From assembly GCA_047601445.1 (NCBI GenBank), contig JASGJH010000001.1, forward strand, positions 7,008,001 to 7,072,000: 64,000 nt of DNA. The letters are read 5' to 3'. Positions 29,968 to 40,219 of this stretch are shown here, one piece after another. Position 1 is the first letter of the stretch. The number at the start of each line of letters is the position of its first letter. The notes below the pieces were generated by a model, which did no database searches, was not told the origin of the DNA, and saw only the letters and a list, made by a program, of their open reading frames with translations. A program made the position numbers and the translations under genes. Source of the DNA: Myxococcales bacterium (GTDB taxonomy: Bacteria > Myxococcota_A > Polyangia > Polyangiales > DASUME01).

Positions 29968-31065
29968 GTGGCCAACGCGGGCGACCGGCTGGAACAGTTG
30001 ATTCGCGAGGTGTGCGACCGCTCCTCGGTGATCTCGTTCGCTGGTGGGTTTCCGGCCACCGAGACGATTCCGCAGGAGGCCCTGTCCCAGGCTGCGCTCT
30101 CGGCCGTGCGCACGCTGCCGCGGGTGGAGGCGTCGCTCCAGTACTGTTGGCCCGAGGGCAAGCCGGCGCTTCGCAAGTGGGTCGCGGCGCGCCTCGCGCA
30201 GCGCGGAGTGCGTGTCGAACCAGACGAGGTGATCATCACGGCGGGTGCGCAGCAGGCGCTCTCGCTGAGCTATCGCGCCTTGGGTGAGCCCGGCACGCGG
30301 GTGCTGGTGGATCCCATCAGCTATCCAGGAGCGCTCGACGTGATGCGCTCGGCTGGCGCGCAGTTCACAGAGGACCCAGCTCGCGCGCAGGTGGCCTATT
30401 TGATGGCGGGTGTGGCGAACCCGGTCGGCCACGACAGTCTGCCCGTGCATTGGCGGGTGCTGCGCGAGCGCGACTGTCCTCTGATCGTCGATGAGGCTTA
30501 CGCCGAGCTGCGCTTCGATGGTGCGCTTCCGCCCGCCCTGCTGGGCGAGGCGCGTGAGCGCGTGTTCCACGTGGGCACGGTGTCCAAGAGCATTTGCCCG
30601 GGCTTGCGTATCGGCTGGTTGGTTCCGCCGCCCTCCCGCCTGCGAGGTTTCCTCGACGACAAGACCCACGACGACCTGCAGGCCGGTACCTTCGCGCAGA
30701 CGCTCTTGAGCGGACTCCTGTGCCGCATCGACTACGACGCACACCTGCGCGGTGTGCGCGCGCTCTATCGAGAGCGGGCCGCATGTCTGGCGCGCGCACT
30801 CCAGCGAAGCCTGCCCCAGCTCGCCTTTCGCGCGCCGGAGGGAGGCTTCTCGCTCTATGCCGACACGGGGTGTCGGATGGAGGAGGTCGCCTTCTTCGAG
30901 GCCTGCGTGGCGGAGGAGGTCATCTACGACCCGGGATCCCGCTTCGTGGCGGAGCCGCGCGACACCGATACGCTGAAGCTGCGCCTGTGCTTCTCGTCGC
31001 TCTCGCCGGAGCGCATCGAGCGGGGCGTCGAACGCCTGGCGCGAGCCTGGGCGCGGGTCAGCTAG
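29968..31065 (+). CDS. PLP-dependent aminotransferase (class I/II, MocR/ARO8-like, no HTH); start uncertain
   Basis: VISFAGGFP, IITAGAQQAL, ANPVG, IVDEAYAEL, GTVSKSICPGLRIGW, LRLCFS. Confidence 0.88.
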   Translation: MANAGDRLEQLIREVCDRSSVISFAGGFPATETIPQEALSQAALSAVRTLPRVEASLQYCWPEGKPALRKWVAARLAQRGVRVEPDEVIITAGAQQALSLSYRALGEPGTRVLVDPISYPGALDVMRSAGAQFTEDPARAQVAYLMAGVANPVGHDSLPVHWRVLRERDCPLIVDEAYAELRFDGALPPALLGEARERVFHVGTVSKSICPGLRIGWLVPPPSRLRGFLDDKTHDDLQAGTFAQTLLSGLLCRIDYDAHLRGVRALYRERAACLARALQRSLPQLAFRAPEGGFSLYADTGCRMEEVAFFEACVAEEVIYDPGSRFVAEPRDTDTLKLRLCFSSLSPERIERGVERLARAWARVS

Positions 31066-31135
31066 TCCGCGCGAATCAGCAAAAATGCAGACCAAAGTGC
31101 TTGACCCGAACCGAGCCCCCCTGCATGGCAGGGTG

Positions 31136-33001
31136 ATGCGAGCAGGGTACGGTTGGAAATACGCGAGTTGGGTCATGGCCCTTACGTTGACGGCCTGTGG
31201 CTCGACCGAGCACGGGCCTCACGGGGAGAACGGCCCCGGGGACGCGGGCGAACAGCAGGATGCGGCGGCAGGCGGCCACGACGCGAACACGGGCGATGCT
31301 GGAGCGGACGCGGCCGCGGGAGATGCTGGGGATGAAGAGCTAGTGCCGGTGCCCCAGGCCTTGATCGACGCCATCGCGGCAGCCGCCAACGGTGGCGACG
31401 TGGACCTCGACGCGGACGGCGTCACGGACCTGTCGGTGACGGTCGAGGCCGATCGGCGCGTGGTGAAGGTGATGGTGGGCGACAAGGTGCTCTTGCTCGT
31501 GACCCGCTACTTCAATGGCACGACCGAAAAGTCCGGCGACTTCAACCTGGACGGCGCCGAGGACTACACCGAGCTCGAGCTCACCACGGCGGAGCTCTTC
31601 AGCCGACAGACCACCCAGGATCGCAACTACGACGGCACCGTCGACTTCCACGAGACCTACGAGATCAACATCGCGAACCGCACGACGCATACGCTGCGCG
31701 AGGTGCTCAAGGGCCAGGCCTTCGAGGTCGAGGTGGAGGGCACCAACGACACCGGCAGCATCAACGCCGGCAACGGTTGCAGCGGGGACTACCCGCTCGA
31801 GGATTCCGCGCACCTCACCGAGGTGGAGGTCGTGGGTGAGCTTCGCATCGTGCAGTGCAAGTACGAGAACTCCGCGGGCTGCGTCGTCAACACGCCGAAG
31901 GGAGCCTGCACGAAGGCCCAGGTGAACCGCATCCTCAGCGAGCTCACGACCATGTTCCACGACGAGATCGACGAGCTGAAGCCGGTGCAAGAGGTGGGCA
32001 TCGACGAGTCCAGCGTGGTGGAATGTCTACGCAAGCGCCAGGCGCCGTTCCTCGAGGGACTCATCAACAACCTGGCCAACGGAAAGGGCGCCAAGGGCGC
32101 CAAGGGCAACTTCAACGGCAGCCGTATCGCCTGTGGCGTGACCTGCTCGGCGGACTCGGACGTGCGCTCGCTGGGAAACACCGACTCGGTGGAGCGCGAG
32201 CGGGTCAACGTGAACATGGACCAGGACAACGGCGAGCTGCGCGACACGCTCTTGCATGAGCTGTTGCATTCGGCCGGCTACGACGGCCCACCGGGACACA
32301 ACGACGCCGACGGCAATCAGGACGACGCCATTTATGCCTGCTCGCGCTGGTGCACCGGTCGCTCGCTCAAGTCCACGGGCGCCGACGGCGAGTCCCACTA
32401 CGACATGGAGGGCATGCTCGACATGGACGACTGCTTCAAGTGCTCCGGCACCAAGGCCACACGTGAGGAGTGCTGCTTCGACAAGGTCACCTGCAGCAAC
32501 GGCTGCTGCGACCACGCGTGCGAGGCGGACGGCACCTGCAAGCGCGACCCATGCAACCCCGCGCTCAACGACGGCGACTTCTCGCTCTGCCGCCTGAAGG
32601 GCTCGAGCGACTTCGAGGTGACCGACGGAAGTGGTAGCTGCGCGACCAGCGTACGCTGGGTCTACGACAGCGTGAGCGGTAACAAGGTCACCTTGGTGCC
32701 TACGGGCACTACCGACTGCACGCTGATGACCGTGGGTTGCAGCGTGACGCCCCTGAGCGCAAACGTGCTCCCCGTAGACGGCCAGCTGGTGCTCGACTAC
32801 GGCACCTCCACCTATACGGGCGCGGGCCTCACGTCCTGGAACATCACGATCAGCTGCCCGGAATCACCGAGTTACGTGTCACCGTTCAAGTCGGGCTGGT
32901 TTGCCGCGCAGAACCCGCTGAGCTTCGTCTCCGGACAGCCCCTCAAGAGCAAGCTCATCTTGGAGGACGGCTCGGTCGAGTGGACCTTCGAGCCCAATTG
33001 A
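31136..33001 (+). CDS. Cys-rich lipoprotein with HEXXH zinc-metalloprotease motif and DxDxDG repeats
   Basis: LTA-C lipobox; DLDADG, DFNLDG, DRNYDG; TLLHELLHSAG. Confidence 0.75.
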   Translation: MRAGYGWKYASWVMALTLTACGSTEHGPHGENGPGDAGEQQDAAAGGHDANTGDAGADAAAGDAGDEELVPVPQALIDAIAAAANGGDVDLDADGVTDLSVTVEADRRVVKVMVGDKVLLLVTRYFNGTTEKSGDFNLDGAEDYTELELTTAELFSRQTTQDRNYDGTVDFHETYEINIANRTTHTLREVLKGQAFEVEVEGTNDTGSINAGNGCSGDYPLEDSAHLTEVEVVGELRIVQCKYENSAGCVVNTPKGACTKAQVNRILSELTTMFHDEIDELKPVQEVGIDESSVVECLRKRQAPFLEGLINNLANGKGAKGAKGNFNGSRIACGVTCSADSDVRSLGNTDSVERERVNVNMDQDNGELRDTLLHELLHSAGYDGPPGHNDADGNQDDAIYACSRWCTGRSLKSTGADGESHYDMEGMLDMDDCFKCSGTKATREECCFDKVTCSNGCCDHACEADGTCKRDPCNPALNDGDFSLCRLKGSSDFEVTDGSGSCATSVRWVYDSVSGNKVTLVPTGTTDCTLMTVGCSVTPLSANVLPVDGQLVLDYGTSTYTGAGLTSWNITISCPESPSYVSPFKSGWFAAQNPLSFVSGQPLKSKLILEDGSVEWTFEPN

Positions 33002-33010
33002 GGATGAGGC

Positions 33011-34198
33011 TCAGAGGTGTTGCAAGCTGCGCAACGCGATGCCGATGAGCCCCGCCACGAAGATCACCAGCGGCTCCGGCGCCTTCTTCAGCTTGAGCAG
33101 CACTCCAAGCGTGACCAGCGCGAGCGCGGCCGTGGGTAGATCCACGATGGCGCGCTTGCCTAGCACGAAGGCGGCGCCCGCGATGGCGCCCGCCGCAGCC
33201 GCCGTGACGCCCTGAACGAAGGTCGCCACGTGCGCGTTCTTGCCGTACTTCTGGTAGTGCGGCGCCGGGATGACCACGAACAGGTAACACGGCAGGAACA
33301 CGCCGATGGACGCCATGATGGCACCCAGTGGGCCCGCGGTGAGGTATCCGATGAACGCGACCGTGATCACCACGGGACCCGGCGTGATCATGGCGACCGC
33401 GACAGCGTCGAGAAACTGGCGCTCGGTCAGCCACTGGAAGTCGTTCACCACGCCCCCGTGCAGGAACGGCACGATGGCCAGGCCACTGCCGAACACGAAC
33501 GCGCCCGCCTCGGCGAAGTACCAGGCGATGCGCCACAGCTCGGATGCGTCGGCTGAACCGTGAACCCCGGCGGTGAGCCACGGCAGGCTGGGCGCGAACA
33601 TCAGCGCAGGGGACGCGGGCGTGCCACGAAATGAACGGACCGCCATCACCACCAGGCCCGAACCGAGGAAGAGCGAGAGGATCTCGGACTCAGTCCACGC
33701 CGTCACCAGTCCGCTCAGGCCGAACACGCCCCACAGCAGCTTGTCTTTGCCGAGCGTGAGCTTGGTGAGCTTGTGCGCGCTGCGACCGATGATGGCGATC
33801 ACCGCGGCGCCGATGCCGTAGAATGCGCCTTCCATCCAGGGCAGCCCGCCGAAGCGCAAGTAGAGCCACGAGAGGGCCAGCACCATCAGGAAGGAGGGCA
33901 GGATGAAGGCCGCCGAAATCAGGGTCGCTCCCAGCACGCCGCCGCGCACCCAGCCCAGGTAGATGGCGAGCTGTGCGGCGAGCGGCCCCGGGGCGAGCTG
34001 GGCGAGCGCGAGTCCATCGAGGTACTCCTGCTTGGTGATCCAGCGTCGATCCTCCACCAGATCCTTCTGCATGTAGCCGGCCAGCGCGATGGGACCGCCG
34101 AAGCCGAAGCTGCCGAGGCGCAGGAAATAGCGGACCAGGTCGCCGGTGGTGCACGGCTCCGCAACCGTTGCTGATACAGGTGTATCTTGAGTAGACAT
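33011..34198 (-). CDS. chrA: Chromate efflux transporter (long-chain CHR)
   Basis: FLRLGSFGFGGP, AQLAPGPLAAQ, FVFGSGLAIVP, AMITPGPVVITVAFIG. Confidence 0.95.
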   Translation of the reverse strand: MSTQDTPVSATVAEPCTTGDLVRYFLRLGSFGFGGPIALAGYMQKDLVEDRRWITKQEYLDGLALAQLAPGPLAAQLAIYLGWVRGGVLGATLISAAFILPSFLMVLALSWLYLRFGGLPWMEGAFYGIGAAVIAIIGRSAHKLTKLTLGKDKLLWGVFGLSGLVTAWTESEILSLFLGSGLVVMAVRSFRGTPASPALMFAPSLPWLTAGVHGSADASELWRIAWYFAEAGAFVFGSGLAIVPFLHGGVVNDFQWLTERQFLDAVAVAMITPGPVVITVAFIGYLTAGPLGAIMASIGVFLPCYLFVVIPAPHYQKYGKNAHVATFVQGVTAAAAGAIAGAAFVLGKRAIVDLPTAALALVTLGVLLKLKKAPEPLVIFVAGLIGIALRSLQHL

Positions 34199-34217
34199 AC
34201 GCTTGTGACATGTCTAC
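34161..34217. promoter_or_regulatory. Cluster of palindromes at the chrA/chrB junction (putative ChrB operator)
   Basis: GCAACCGTTGC (34161), GATACAGGTGTATC (34173), GTAGACAT-N11-ATGTCTAC (34191-34217). Confidence 0.5.
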
Positions 34218-35292
34218 GCTCCTGGCGCCTGGAGCACAAGTGACCGAGACCGACGCCCCTCATCATGCCGGCCTCGAGGCCGGCCACGCAGGCCCGCGCT
34301 GGCTGCTGCTGATCCATCAGATTCCGGCCGATCCCGCCTATCTGCGCGTGAAGGTGGGGCGCAGGCTCGCGCGCGTGGGTGCCTTGCAACTCAAGGGCAG
34401 TGTCTATGTGCTGCCCAACCTCGAGAACTGCCGGGAGGACTTCTCCTGGATTCGGCGCGAAGTCGTCGATGGTGGCGGCGAGGCTGCGGTGCTGGGAGCG
34501 AGCTTGCTGGAGGGGCTGACCAGTGCGGATCTAGAACGCATGTTTCGTGAGGCGCGCGCGGCGGACTACAAGGCGTGCGCCGAGCGCGTCGCGACCGCGC
34601 AGGCGCGCGCGCGCGCGTCGAAGGGACCGGGTGAGGGGCGTGAGCTCTCCCTGGAGCTGACACGCATCGAGGAACAGCTGGCCGAGCTCGAGCGGATCGA
34701 CTTCTTCTCCGCGGGCGACGTCGATGGACTGCGTACCCGGATCGCCCAGATCAAGGCCGCCCTCGGCCGCGCTCCGGCCCCCGTGGAGCAGACGGCCTCG
34801 ACCTACCAGGTTGCGCAGTTCCAGCGCCGAACTTGGGTGACGCGCGTGGGCGTGAAGGTCGATCGCGTCGCCTGTGCCTGGTTGATCCAGCGCTTCATCG
34901 ATCAGGAGGCCAAGTTCAAGTTCGTGGATCCCGCGAGCTATCGCCACGGCAAGCGCGAGCTGCGCTTCGACATGCCCGAGGCCGAGTTCACGCACGAAGG
35001 GGATCTGTGCAGCTTCGAGGTGATCTGTCGGCGCTTCGGCCTGAGGTCGCCGGGCCTCGTGCGCATCGGAGAGATCGTGCATGACCTCGACGTGAAGGAC
35101 GGGCGCTACGGCCACCCGGAGACCGAAGGGCTCAGGGCCATCATTCAAGGACTGGTCAACGAGCAAGCAGACGATGAGGCACGGGTGAGCACCGCCGCGG
35201 CGCTCTTCGATGCGCTCTACAGCTCTGCAGAGCGCGGAGCGGGCTCGCAATCGGCTTCCAGGAAGCGCAAGCACAGGGCGGGCGCTCGCTAA
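34210..35292 (+). CDS. chrB: Chromate resistance regulator ChrB (GTG 34240 after GGAG is an alternative start)
   Basis: WLLLIHQIP..PAYLRVK, IDFF, WVTR...KVDRVACAWLI.RFID, FDM..AEFTHEGD.CSFE, IVHDLDVKDG. Confidence 0.92.
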   Translation: MSTLLAPGAQVTETDAPHHAGLEAGHAGPRWLLLIHQIPADPAYLRVKVGRRLARVGALQLKGSVYVLPNLENCREDFSWIRREVVDGGGEAAVLGASLLEGLTSADLERMFREARAADYKACAERVATAQARARASKGPGEGRELSLELTRIEEQLAELERIDFFSAGDVDGLRTRIAQIKAALGRAPAPVEQTASTYQVAQFQRRTWVTRVGVKVDRVACAWLIQRFIDQEAKFKFVDPASYRHGKRELRFDMPEAEFTHEGDLCSFEVICRRFGLRSPGLVRIGEIVHDLDVKDGRYGHPETEGLRAIIQGLVNEQADDEARVSTAAALFDALYSSAERGAGSQSASRKRKHRAGAR

Positions 35293-35411
35293 TCGCCCGC
35301 TTCCGCAAGGAGACGAGGACATCTTCAGCTCATGGCTTGATCGAGGCAGCCTGGATGGGAAGGTAGGCGGGATCGTCCATACTGCGCGCGCTTCGCGCGA
35401 GGAGGGTTCCC

Positions 35412-35684
35412 ATGACCAAGGCTCACTGGCTGCTGGCGTTCGGCCTCACATCCATCGTCGCCGTGCCTGCACTGGCGGCGTCGACCCAAGTGGAGGCGTG
35501 CAAGGCGGAGTTCAAGAATGCGGGCTGCGCGCCGACCAACGAGGCCGAGGCCTACACGTGCATCGAGGGCATCGAGAAAGAAGGACAGAAAGACGAGGGG
35601 CTCTCCCATGCCTGCTACGAGGCCCACGAGCGCTACGAGAAGAAGATGCACAAGCAGGAGCACCACGAGCACGAGGACAAGTAG
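35412..35684 (+). CDS. Small secreted 4-Cys protein with His/Glu-rich tail
   Basis: GGAGG RBS, signal peptide, C-x8-C-x10-C-x17-C, tail HKQEHHEHEDK. Confidence 0.75.
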   Translation: MTKAHWLLAFGLTSIVAVPALAASTQVEACKAEFKNAGCAPTNEAEAYTCIEGIEKEGQKDEGLSHACYEAHERYEKKMHKQEHHEHEDK

Positions 35685-35734
35685 CGCGCTGACCCGCGCT
35701 TCCCTGCGGCCGCACGAGGCCCGTGCCGGCTCAC

Positions 35735-37918
35735 TCAGGCTGCCACGGACGGCAACGCCACGGTGAAGCATGCGCCGTGACCCAGGCCCTCGCTCTGCGC
35801 CGTGATGCTGCCACCGTGGAGTTCCACCAAGTGCTTCACGAGCGCGAGCCCGAGGCCCAGGCCATGTGAGCGCTCGCCGCTGCGCTGGCCTTGCTGAAAG
35901 CGCTCGAACACATGCGGGAGGAAGGCCGGGTCGATGCCGAGACCGTTGTCCCGGATCTCGACCCAGACCTTGTCTGCGTAGCGCAGGCCAATCTCCACGC
36001 GGCCCCGTTCGGGCGTGAACTTGATGGCGTTGTTGAGGAGGTTCCAGAAGATCTGCTGTAGGCGTCGAGCATCTCCCGAGACGCGAGCGGAAAGCTCGGC
36101 GGGTGCGAACGAGAGTTCGATGGACTTGGCATCGGCGCTGGGCCGCACGGTGTCGAGGGCGGAGTGCAGCACGGACTCGAGCTCGAGTGGCTGACGATCG
36201 AGCTCGAGCTTGCCACTCAGCACGCGCGACATGTCCAGCAAGTCCTCCACCAGCTGGGCCTGGGTTTGTGCGTTGCGCTCGATGACCCTGGTGGCGCGCT
36301 CGACGAGGGACCGCTCCATGCCTCGCTCGCGCAGCAGGGCCGACCAGCCGAGGATCGCACTCAGGGGCGTGCGCAGCTCGTGCGACACCAGCGCTACGAA
36401 CTCGTCCTTGTTGCGACTCTCGTCCTCCGCCGCGAGCTGGCTGCGCTTCTGGTTCTCGATGTCCGTGGTGGTACCGAACCAGCGGCTCACGCTGCCGTGC
36501 TCGTCGAAGCGCGGCTGGGCGCGCGTCAGGTGCCAGCGATACTCGCCGCTCCGCGCGCGCAGGCGATGTTGGATCTCGAAGGGGGTCTCGTGCTCGCGTG
36601 ACTCGCGGAAGCAGGCTTCGAACCGATCGCGGTCGTCCGGATGGATGCAGGAGTAGAAGGCGAGGGCGCGCGCGTCTCCCGCAGGCAATCCGCTGTACTC
36701 GTTCCAGCGCGGATTGAAGTACTGAAAGCGCAGGTCCGCGTCGGCGACCCAGACGATCTGCGGAGCCATGTCGGCCAGGGCGTGGAAGTGGTCCTCACTG
36801 CGCCGCAGGGCCTCCTCGGCCGCCACTTGCGCGCTGACGTCCTGAACGATGGTCACGGTGCGCTGTGGGTGCCCGCGCTCGTCGCGGATGAGCGCTGACG
36901 ACACCTGCGCCAACACGCTGCTGCCGTCTTTGCGTACGTAGCGCTTGCGAGCCTGGTAGCTGGGGAGTTCTCCGCTCTTCACGCGCTCGAAGCGGGTCCG
37001 GTCGGCGCTGCGATCCTCGGGGTGGGTGACTTCCACGAAGGTTCTTTCGAGGAGCTCCTGCTCCGCGTAGCCGAGCATCCTGCAGAAGACCGGGTTGGCC
37101 CGCAGGAAGCGTCCGCTCCCGGCGTCCACCTGCGCCATGCCCACGATGGCGGCCTCGAAGATGAGGCGGAACTGCTGCTCGCTTTGCTGCAGCTCGGCGG
37201 TGCGCTCCGTCACCTTGCTCTCCAGCTCGGCTCGGCTCTGCGAGAGTTCCTGCCGTGTTCGGGTGAGACCCGCGATGGTACGCTCCACACGCTCCACGGC
37301 GGGCTTGAACACGAGCAGCGCCTCCAACGCCAGCACCAGCAGCGTGAAGCTCGTCAGGAGCAGCTCGACCCTGCGCAGCGCGTGCACCTTCTGCTCGGCC
37401 TCCCACTGGTATCGGGTCACCACGCGGTCCATGGCCACCAGAAAGAGATCCTCCGCGGTCAAGATGGTGATGATGGGTGGGCGCAGGTCGCCATGTCCAG
37501 CCTGCGCGCGGCGCGCGGCGAGCAGCTGCTCCGCGGCGCGATCCATCTCGTGGAAGTGGCGGTCCGCGTCGGCGAACAACTGCGCCACGGCGGGGGTGTT
37601 GCGCCCCGGTAGGCCGCGCACCAAATCTCCTCGCTGCAGGCCAGCGTGCGCGCTCCGCCAGGCCAGAAGGGTTTGCTCGAACTCGCCCAGCGGTGCCTCG
37701 GCCGTTGGCTGCGCACCCATTTCGAGCGCGGTCTTGCTCAGGCGCTGGCTCAACATGCGCTGGCGTCCCGCCACATTGACCACGCGTGCATCGCTCTCGT
37801 GTCGCACCAAGGCGCTCTGGATCAGCGCCTGGCTAGTCAGCGACAACAGCGCGACCAAGCCCAGCGCGAACACGTAGCGCCGCGTCAACGCATGGGCTCC
37901 GGAGGCTTCTTGGGACAT
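35735..37918 (-). CDS. Sensor histidine kinase with NarX/PilJ-like periplasmic domain and two PAS-PAC domains
   Basis: P-box VNVAGRQRMLSQR; HPEDR/HPDDR PAS; VSHELRTPL; NLLNNAIKFT; DNGLG; GLGLGL. Confidence 0.92.
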   Translation of the reverse strand: MSQEASGAHALTRRYVFALGLVALLSLTSQALIQSALVRHESDARVVNVAGRQRMLSQRLSKTALEMGAQPTAEAPLGEFEQTLLAWRSAHAGLQRGDLVRGLPGRNTPAVAQLFADADRHFHEMDRAAEQLLAARRAQAGHGDLRPPIITILTAEDLFLVAMDRVVTRYQWEAEQKVHALRRVELLLTSFTLLVLALEALLVFKPAVERVERTIAGLTRTRQELSQSRAELESKVTERTAELQQSEQQFRLIFEAAIVGMAQVDAGSGRFLRANPVFCRMLGYAEQELLERTFVEVTHPEDRSADRTRFERVKSGELPSYQARKRYVRKDGSSVLAQVSSALIRDERGHPQRTVTIVQDVSAQVAAEEALRRSEDHFHALADMAPQIVWVADADLRFQYFNPRWNEYSGLPAGDARALAFYSCIHPDDRDRFEACFRESREHETPFEIQHRLRARSGEYRWHLTRAQPRFDEHGSVSRWFGTTTDIENQKRSQLAAEDESRNKDEFVALVSHELRTPLSAILGWSALLRERGMERSLVERATRVIERNAQTQAQLVEDLLDMSRVLSGKLELDRQPLELESVLHSALDTVRPSADAKSIELSFAPAELSARVSGDARRLQQIFWNLLNNAIKFTPERGRVEIGLRYADKVWVEIRDNGLGIDPAFLPHVFERFQQGQRSGERSHGLGLGLALVKHLVELHGGSITAQSEGLGHGACFTVALPSVAA

Positions 37919-38078
37919 CGCGCTAGCCCCTAGCTTTCGCCGAATGCGAACGTTCTGCATCGAGCCCAATCGCGCACGCGAACGCCCACTCTGGTGCATT
38001 GCCCGACTCGGCTAGCTCGGTACCCTTTAGCAGCAGTGCGCGGAGCCTCCAGGCTTCGCAGCCGAAGGCCAGGTATCT

Positions 38079-39935
38079 GTGATCCGAGCGGTCGTTGCGG
38101 TTTCCGTGCTCACGGGGCTCACCCTGCACGCCGGCATCGTCCATCTCTTGCTCTACGCGCAATCTCGCGGAAACCGCGACAGGGCGGACCTGTACTTTGC
38201 GTACACCGCGCTGCTGGTCGCCGGCTACAACCTGTGCTGCGCAGGGCTCTATCTGAGCACCAGCGTGGCGCAAGGCGTGCCCTGGTTTCGTGGTCAGGTG
38301 TTCTTCGTGTCGGGCGTCGCGGTCGCGTTCATGTACTTCTTGCGCGAATACTCCAAGGTATCCGTACCGCCCTGGTTTCGCAGGTTGGCCTGGCTGCTGC
38401 CCGTCATCGGCGTCACGGCCCTAGTCGAGCGTCATGGGCTGGTGACCACCGCGGAGGAGTCCATCAAGCGCGTGCCAGTGCCGCTCTTTGGCGAGGTGGT
38501 GTACTACGAGCCCGCCACGGGACCGCTCTACGACGCCTGGGTCGTCGGCTTGATCGTGCTCACGGCGAACTCGCTGCGCATGGCCTTTCGCGTGCGTAGC
38601 CACGGGGACCCCAAGCGCGCTCGCTTCATCCTGCCCGCGGTGCTGGTGTTCTCCTTCGGCGCGCTGCACGATGCTCTCGCGGGGAGCGGTGTGTTCCGCT
38701 CGGCCTATCTGCTCGAGTACTCCTGGACCAGCATTATCCTGCTGGCCGGCCATTCGCTCTCGCGCGAGCTGAACAGCGCGGCCGAGGCCAAACAGGCCCT
38801 GGCCGATAGCCGGGTGCGCCTGGCGCACGCGGAGCGCCTGGAGTCGGTGGGCAAGCTGGCGGGAGGTCTGGCCCACGACTTGAACAACATGTTGACCCCC
38901 GTGATCGGCTACGCGCAGCTTGCGTGCTTTCTGGCCTCACCTGGCTCCAAGCTGCAGTCCATCTTGGATAACCTGCTCTCGGCGGCCCACCGCGCCGCGG
39001 CGCTCACGCGGCAGCTATTGGCATTCGCGCGCAAGCAAGTGCTCGAGGTACAACCCATCAATCTCGCCGAGAGCGTGCAACAACTGCAACCCTTGCTGCG
39101 GCAGATGCTCCCGGAGAGCGTGCATCTCTCCATTCACGCCACCCCCGGAGTTCCCAACGTGGAGGCCGATCCCGGGCAACTCGAGCGCGTCTGGATGAAC
39201 CTGGTGGCCAATGCGCGGGATGCCATGCCGGCCGGCGGCGAGCTGTGCTTCGACGTGGAGCCGTGTGAGTCGAGCGGCGTGCAGGGTGTGGCCGTGGCCA
39301 TCTCGGACACCGGCTTCGGCATGACCGACGTGGTGCTCGAGCATATCTTCGAGCCCTTCTTTTCCACCAAGCCACGCGGCAAGGGCACGGGGCTCGGCTT
39401 GTCCACCGTGCACGGCATCGTGGAGCAGCTCGGAGGCCATATCAGCGTCGACAGTCGGCTCGGTAAGGGCACTACCTTTCGGCTCTTCTTCCCCAAGACC
39501 GACAAGGCACCACGCCAGCAGAAGGCGCCCTCGAACGCGCCCCCGCGCATGACGCGCACGGTCCGGGTCTTGGTGGTCGATGACGATCGCGCGGTGCTGG
39601 ACATGGTGGTGGAGCTCATCGAACACTTCGGCCTGAACGTCGTCACCGCGGGCTCGCTGGACGAGCTCAACCGCGTGCTCGCGCGCGAAGTCGAGCCCAT
39701 CGATGTGCTGTTGACGGATGTGGTACTGCCCGACACGGACGGCTATCACGTGCAGCACGTGGTGAATGCGTGCCACCCCACGGTGCCCTGCATCTTCATG
39801 ACCGGACATGCGGACGAAGTGCTCGCCCCGCGAGGCCTCCTGCGCAATCACATGGAGGTGCTGCACAAGCCGTTCTCCGCGCAGGAGCTGCTGGAGAAAT
39901 TGAAAGTGGCCATCGGTGAGTTGCGCTCCAACTAG
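38079..39935 (+). CDS. Hybrid histidine kinase/receiver with 7TM input domain
   Basis: About 7 TM; LAHDLNNML; NLVANARDAM; FFSTKPRGKGTGLGL; VLVVDDD...TDVVLP...MTG...KPF. Confidence 0.92.
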   Translation: MIRAVVAVSVLTGLTLHAGIVHLLLYAQSRGNRDRADLYFAYTALLVAGYNLCCAGLYLSTSVAQGVPWFRGQVFFVSGVAVAFMYFLREYSKVSVPPWFRRLAWLLPVIGVTALVERHGLVTTAEESIKRVPVPLFGEVVYYEPATGPLYDAWVVGLIVLTANSLRMAFRVRSHGDPKRARFILPAVLVFSFGALHDALAGSGVFRSAYLLEYSWTSIILLAGHSLSRELNSAAEAKQALADSRVRLAHAERLESVGKLAGGLAHDLNNMLTPVIGYAQLACFLASPGSKLQSILDNLLSAAHRAAALTRQLLAFARKQVLEVQPINLAESVQQLQPLLRQMLPESVHLSIHATPGVPNVEADPGQLERVWMNLVANARDAMPAGGELCFDVEPCESSGVQGVAVAISDTGFGMTDVVLEHIFEPFFSTKPRGKGTGLGLSTVHGIVEQLGGHISVDSRLGKGTTFRLFFPKTDKAPRQQKAPSNAPPRMTRTVRVLVVDDDRAVLDMVVELIEHFGLNVVTAGSLDELNRVLAREVEPIDVLLTDVVLPDTDGYHVQHVVNACHPTVPCIFMTGHADEVLAPRGLLRNHMEVLHKPFSAQELLEKLKVAIGELRSN

Positions 39936-40001
39936 CGGTCCTGGCAGTCGGCAAGGCAGACCTCGTACGTCAACGCGGACAAGTGAGCACCCGTTCTGAT
40001 C

Positions 40002-40121
40002 GTGTCCGTGAGCGTGGCCCTGGCCGTTGGCGCCCCGGTGATGGTGGCCGCGCTCGTGTTCGGGAACCAAATCGTGAAGGTGATCGATGCCGCCCGACGC
40101 TCACTCGTCTACGGGCGTTGA
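40002..40121 (+). CDS. Possible 39-aa single-TM peptide or gene remnant
   Basis: GC3-biased hydrophobic frame VSVSVALAVGAPVMVAALVFGNQIVKVIDAARRSLVYGR; no clear RBS. Confidence 0.25.
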   Translation: MSVSVALAVGAPVMVAALVFGNQIVKVIDAARRSLVYGR

Positions 40122-40219
40122 TCACGGCCCCGGCATCGTTCTAGCTCACGCGCGCGGCCACCATCACGGGCGCGCCAACGGCCACGCGCACGGCCACGCA
40201 ATGACCACGGCATCGCGAC

